Positions 60,915-64,000 of a DNA stretch of 64,000 bases are shown in pieces. Made by a program: the position numbers and the translations under genes. The DNA comes from Alphaproteobacteria bacterium (GTDB lineage Bacteria; Pseudomonadota; Alphaproteobacteria; Bin95), in contig CBDBGH010000003.1 in assembly GCA_965205265.1 (NCBI GenBank), positions 4,864,001-4,928,000 on the forward strand. Direction: 5' to 3'. The notes beneath the pieces are model-generated. The model saw only the letters and a program-made list of their open reading frames with translations. It ran no database searches and was not told the origin of the DNA. Position 1 is the first letter of the stretch; every line of letters begins with the position of its first letter.

Positions 60915-63900
60915 TCAGGCTGCCACCGGCTGCCGCTGCGGGCGGTCCAGGCTTGCCAGCACGCGGCGGCCCTCGAGGGCGTCCTTCGCTGTCGGCGGAC
61001 CGCCCGCCGGACCGCGCTGGGCGGCCACGCTCTTCGTCATCATTGCGCTCAGCGCCGCCAGACTGCGCTCGAGATGCACCATCTGCTCGGAAAACTCCGG
61101 CTCCTCTGCCGAAGCCGGGCTCGCCCCGGTTTCCCCGGCCACCAGCGTATTCTCGGCAAGAAGCATCCCGAGGATACCGGGATAGCGTTCCTTCGCCGTC
61201 GCCCCGTTCAAGGCCATGTCCACATGCTTCGCCCGCACCGGCGACGGCGAAGGCTTCGGTTCGGCCAACGGCTCCGTCTCCTCGCCGCCGTCCGCCTCGG
61301 CGGACGGTTCGGGTTCGAGGTCTTCGGCCAGCTTCACTCCTCCGCCGGCAGCGGCCGCCGAAACATCGCCGTCGCTGTCGCCGGGCGCCCCTGCCGCCGT
61401 TTCCGGTTCCGCTGCGGCCTCCGGCTCCTCGCCGGCCGCCTCGGCCAGAACCTCGAGCAGCAGGACCGGGGCGGCGGCAGGGGCCTGCTCCGAAACGGCT
61501 GTCCGGCATTCGACCAGCAGGTCCTCGCCCGCCCCCTTCGCGTCGATCTCCGGCGCCGGGTCGCTCCTGGCGATCCCGACAGCCGCCGCCTGCAGGGCCG
61601 TCTTGAAGGCCTCCTCGACCGACTGGTCCAGACCCGGCACCCGGTCGAGCGGGCCCCGGATCTTGAGGAAGCGGTTGACCGCGAATTCCGGCGCGAAGTC
61701 CTCGCCGATATAGAAGGTCCGGGCGAGCTCCAGCTTCGAATCGAACAGGAAGAAAAATTGTCCGGGCGCCATGTCCTGGAGATCCTGGACCTTCACCCGC
61801 GCCGTCTGCTGGAACGACACTTCCGGACGGTCGACCCACTTCCGCCCGTAGAAGGTCTCCTGAGCCTGCATGCCGCCCGTGACGGCCACCTGCTCCTCGC
61901 CCATGACCTTGGAGATATAGTCCATTGTTTTCGCCCCATCGACGGTCTTGCCGACAGCGAGCGTGCTTGCGTTCGCAAGCGCCGTCTCGGCGATCTGGGC
62001 GGACACCTTCTGCATGGCCGACATGTCCTGGCCGGCGAGGATGATGCAGAATCCCAGTGAGCGCGCCTGGGCCATCATCACATCGATGCCGTTCACCATA
62101 TAATACCCGACCTCGTCCAGAACAACGATGAACGGGCTCGGCGCCCGCGTCTGGTCGGCCTCGATGATTTCGGAGAATCCGCCCTGGAGCGTGGCGCCCG
62201 AGACCTTCGCCATCGTCATCTTGACGTTCGAGACGACGATTTTCCCGCAGTTGCGCATTTCCTCCTCGGCTTTTTGAAGCGCTGGAAGAAGGACAATAAG
62301 AATTCTCCTGTTTATGACAATATCTTCTATGTCCACTTCTCCAAGAGGCGTATTGAAAATATGACCGAAATCATCCGCCATACCGCCCAAAGGTTTCGTT
62401 AATTGCATACTCAAAAAACCGTACTGTTCTGATGCTTTACTTTCCTGCGGATCCCCGTTCAACGCTTTTTTAAGTGCAAAACCGGGCAAACTGTCGAAGA
62501 AACCTTTCAGCGCAAGCTTGCTGCTTGTCGAAAATTCCCCGCGCAAGGCGCGCAAATAAAGCTCGATCATCCCGCCACGTTCGCGCAATTCCGCCCAGGC
62601 GGCCTCCGGAACCTCCTCGATCTTCTCGATCTTGCCGGCCTTCCCGCCGAGCTTGGACTTCATGAAACCCTTGCCGAGCGGCAGGAAATCGCGGACCGCC
62701 TGCACGTTGAGCAGGATGTCGCCGCTCTCGCGCATCTCGACCAGGGCCTTCATCGCGCTGGTGACGAGCGACATCGCCCTCGACTTCCACATGTCGTTGC
62801 CCGAGCCGGCATCGCCCATCAGCGACACGATCAGGTTCATGAGATTGTCAGCCGAGCCCTTCGCGAACGGATTCATGGTGTTGGTCTGGGAGGTCGGCCC
62901 GCCGGCGGGGCGGTCCGAATCCTCCACGCCCATGAAGTTCAGCACCCGTACATCGTCCTCGCGCCCGAAACGCTTCGCGAGAGACCAGATGCGCGCGTAA
63001 AAGACTCTGGTGCCCTTCCCGTCAATGAAAAGGAACCCCGAAGACCACATCAAAGCCTGCGATATCAGGCCCAGCAGCAGCTCCGTATTGTGCGTCGTGA
63101 CATAGCCCTCGACGACATAGAGGCCGTCCTCGCGGTCGACCTTGAGGCACGACATTTCCGCGCCGGCCTCGACGGGCTCGACCGCGGCGATCGTGATTCC
63201 CTCCTCGTCGAGCCTGCCGACGAGGCTTTCCGGCAGCCCTGCCGAGGCGGGAAGCGCGAAATGCACCTCGAGCAGCGGGCCCTCGACCTCCCAGAGCGCC
63301 GCGACGCCGCCGAGCGACCAGACCAGTTCCTTGAACAACCGTCCCTCGCGCCAAGAGCGCACCGCCTGCACGGCGTGCAGGCTTCCGTCCCCCGTCTCCC
63401 GGTCCAGACGCATCTGCCCGCGCCCCTCCAAGAAGGAACGCAGGAACCGCGCCCGGTCCCCCGGTGTTCCCGACAGCGCCGCCGGCGTCCGGCAGGACTC
63501 CAGCAGGCCGTTCACGGCAAGGCGGACCTGCTCCCCGTCCAGGGCCGGATACGGCCCCGAGGACGGCCTGGGCGCCGGCACGGACAGCCGCAGGCAGCGC
63601 GCCGGGGATTCCTTGGCCGCATAGACGCCGTGCAGGAACCCCAGATCGTTCGCCGTCATTACCCGGTCGCCCCAGGGGATGCTGCCGAGCTTGGCCAGAT
63701 CGGCCCCGGGATCCTCGAGCAGGCCCCGGCTCCGGGCTTCCGCGGTCAGCGCTTCCTGGTACTGCCGCACCTGCGGCAGCGCCTCGGTCCGGACATGCCA
63801 CAGATGGTCGGGCGAGCAGTCGACGAAACGCCCGTCCGAAAACCAGATCCGGACAACCGGCTGCTCCCCCTGCGGATGCACCGAGAGCACCCGGCAGGTC

Positions 63901-64000
63901 CCGCCATGCGGATGGACCAGACGGTCGCCGGGCCGGAGATCCCCGTTGCGCCGCCATCCGAACGGCGTCAGGACCAGCGTGTCCAGGGGCAGGGCCTTGC
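60915..64000 (-). CDS. Type IVB coupling protein (DotL/IcmO/TrbC-like) containing an intein; 5' end outside the window
   Basis: GK|intein|TELLLG, FLFIDGKG, VRVLNF, TNTMNPF, VVLDEVGYY, AQARSLGF..ILAGQD. Confidence 0.88.
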   Translation of the reverse strand, partial: KALPLDTLVLTPFGWRRNGDLRPGDRLVHPHGGTCRVLSVHPQGEQPVVRIWFSDGRFVDCSPDHLWHVRTEALPQVRQYQEALTAEARSRGLLEDPGADLAKLGSIPWGDRVMTANDLGFLHGVYAAKESPARCLRLSVPAPRPSSGPYPALDGEQVRLAVNGLLESCRTPAALSGTPGDRARFLRSFLEGRGQMRLDRETGDGSLHAVQAVRSWREGRLFKELVWSLGGVAALWEVEGPLLEVHFALPASAGLPESLVGRLDEEGITIAAVEPVEAGAEMSCLKVDREDGLYVVEGYVTTHNTELLLGLISQALMWSSGFLFIDGKGTRVFYARIWSLAKRFGREDDVRVLNFMGVEDSDRPAGGPTSQTNTMNPFAKGSADNLMNLIVSLMGDAGSGNDMWKSRAMSLVTSAMKALVEMRESGDILLNVQAVRDFLPLGKGFMKSKLGGKAGKIEKIEEVPEAAWAELRERGGMIELYLRALRGEFSTSSKLALKGFFDSLPGFALKKALNGDPQESKASEQYGFLSMQLTKPLGGMADDFGHIFNTPLGEVDIEDIVINRRILIVLLPALQKAEEEMRNCGKIVVSNVKMTMAKVSGATLQGGFSEIIEADQTRAPSPFIVVLDEVGYYMVNGIDVMMAQARSLGFCIILAGQDMSAMQKVSAQIAETALANASTLAVGKTVDGAKTMDYISKVMGEEQVAVTGGMQAQETFYGRKWVDRPEVSFQQTARVKVQDLQDMAPGQFFFLFDSKLELARTFYIGEDFAPEFAVNRFLKIRGPLDRVPGLDQSVEEAFKTALQAAAVGIARSDPAPEIDAKGAGEDLLVECRTAVSEQAPAAAPVLLLEVLAEAAGEEPEAAAEPETAAGAPGDSDGDVSAAAAGGGVKLAEDLEPEPSAEADGGEETEPLAEPKPSPSPVRAKHVDMALNGATAKERYPGILGMLLAENTLVAGETGASPASAEEPEFSEQMVHLERSLAALSAMMTKSVAAQRGPAGGPPTAKDALEGRRVLASLDRPQRQPVAA
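63087..63995 (-). mobile_element. Intein (303 aa, Ala1, class-3 WCT signature)
   Basis: Starts ALPLDTLVLTPFGW; block B CSPDHLW; block F MSCLKV; ends VTTHN followed by T. Confidence 0.9.

Overview
High-GC window from what looks like a very large conjugative element (megaplasmid or ICE), probably of an alphaproteobacterium (inferred from the RpoD and DnaG sequences). Transfer genes are of the Dot/Icm (type IVB) class: a DotL/IcmO-like coupling ATPase with an Ala1 class-3 intein in its Walker A motif, and two near-identical tandem IcmD/DotP-like proteins. It also carries its own RpoD, DnaG and a DnaA-like protein lacking the AAA+ motifs. The cargo is 16 pentapeptide-repeat genes, 6 apparently orphan DNA methyltransferases, HipBA, Doc/AbrB and AbiE modules, three identical IS1634-family copies (92 and 64 bp target duplications on two of them) and two IS21-family elements. 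Three unannotated signals stand out. (1) About 20 unrelated cargo proteins end in an acidic, Pro/Gly-rich tail, a candidate type IVB translocation signal. (2) An 11-bp quasi-palindrome CAATC(C/G)GATTG, repeated with a 17-bp period, occurs upstream of genes at 8 loci and overlaps sigma70-type -35 boxes, a candidate element-wide regulon. (3) A ~390-nt highly structured region without a convincing ORF lies behind one of these promoters, upstream of dnaG. No tRNA, rRNA or CRISPR array was seen. All family calls are by motif recognition, not database searches.
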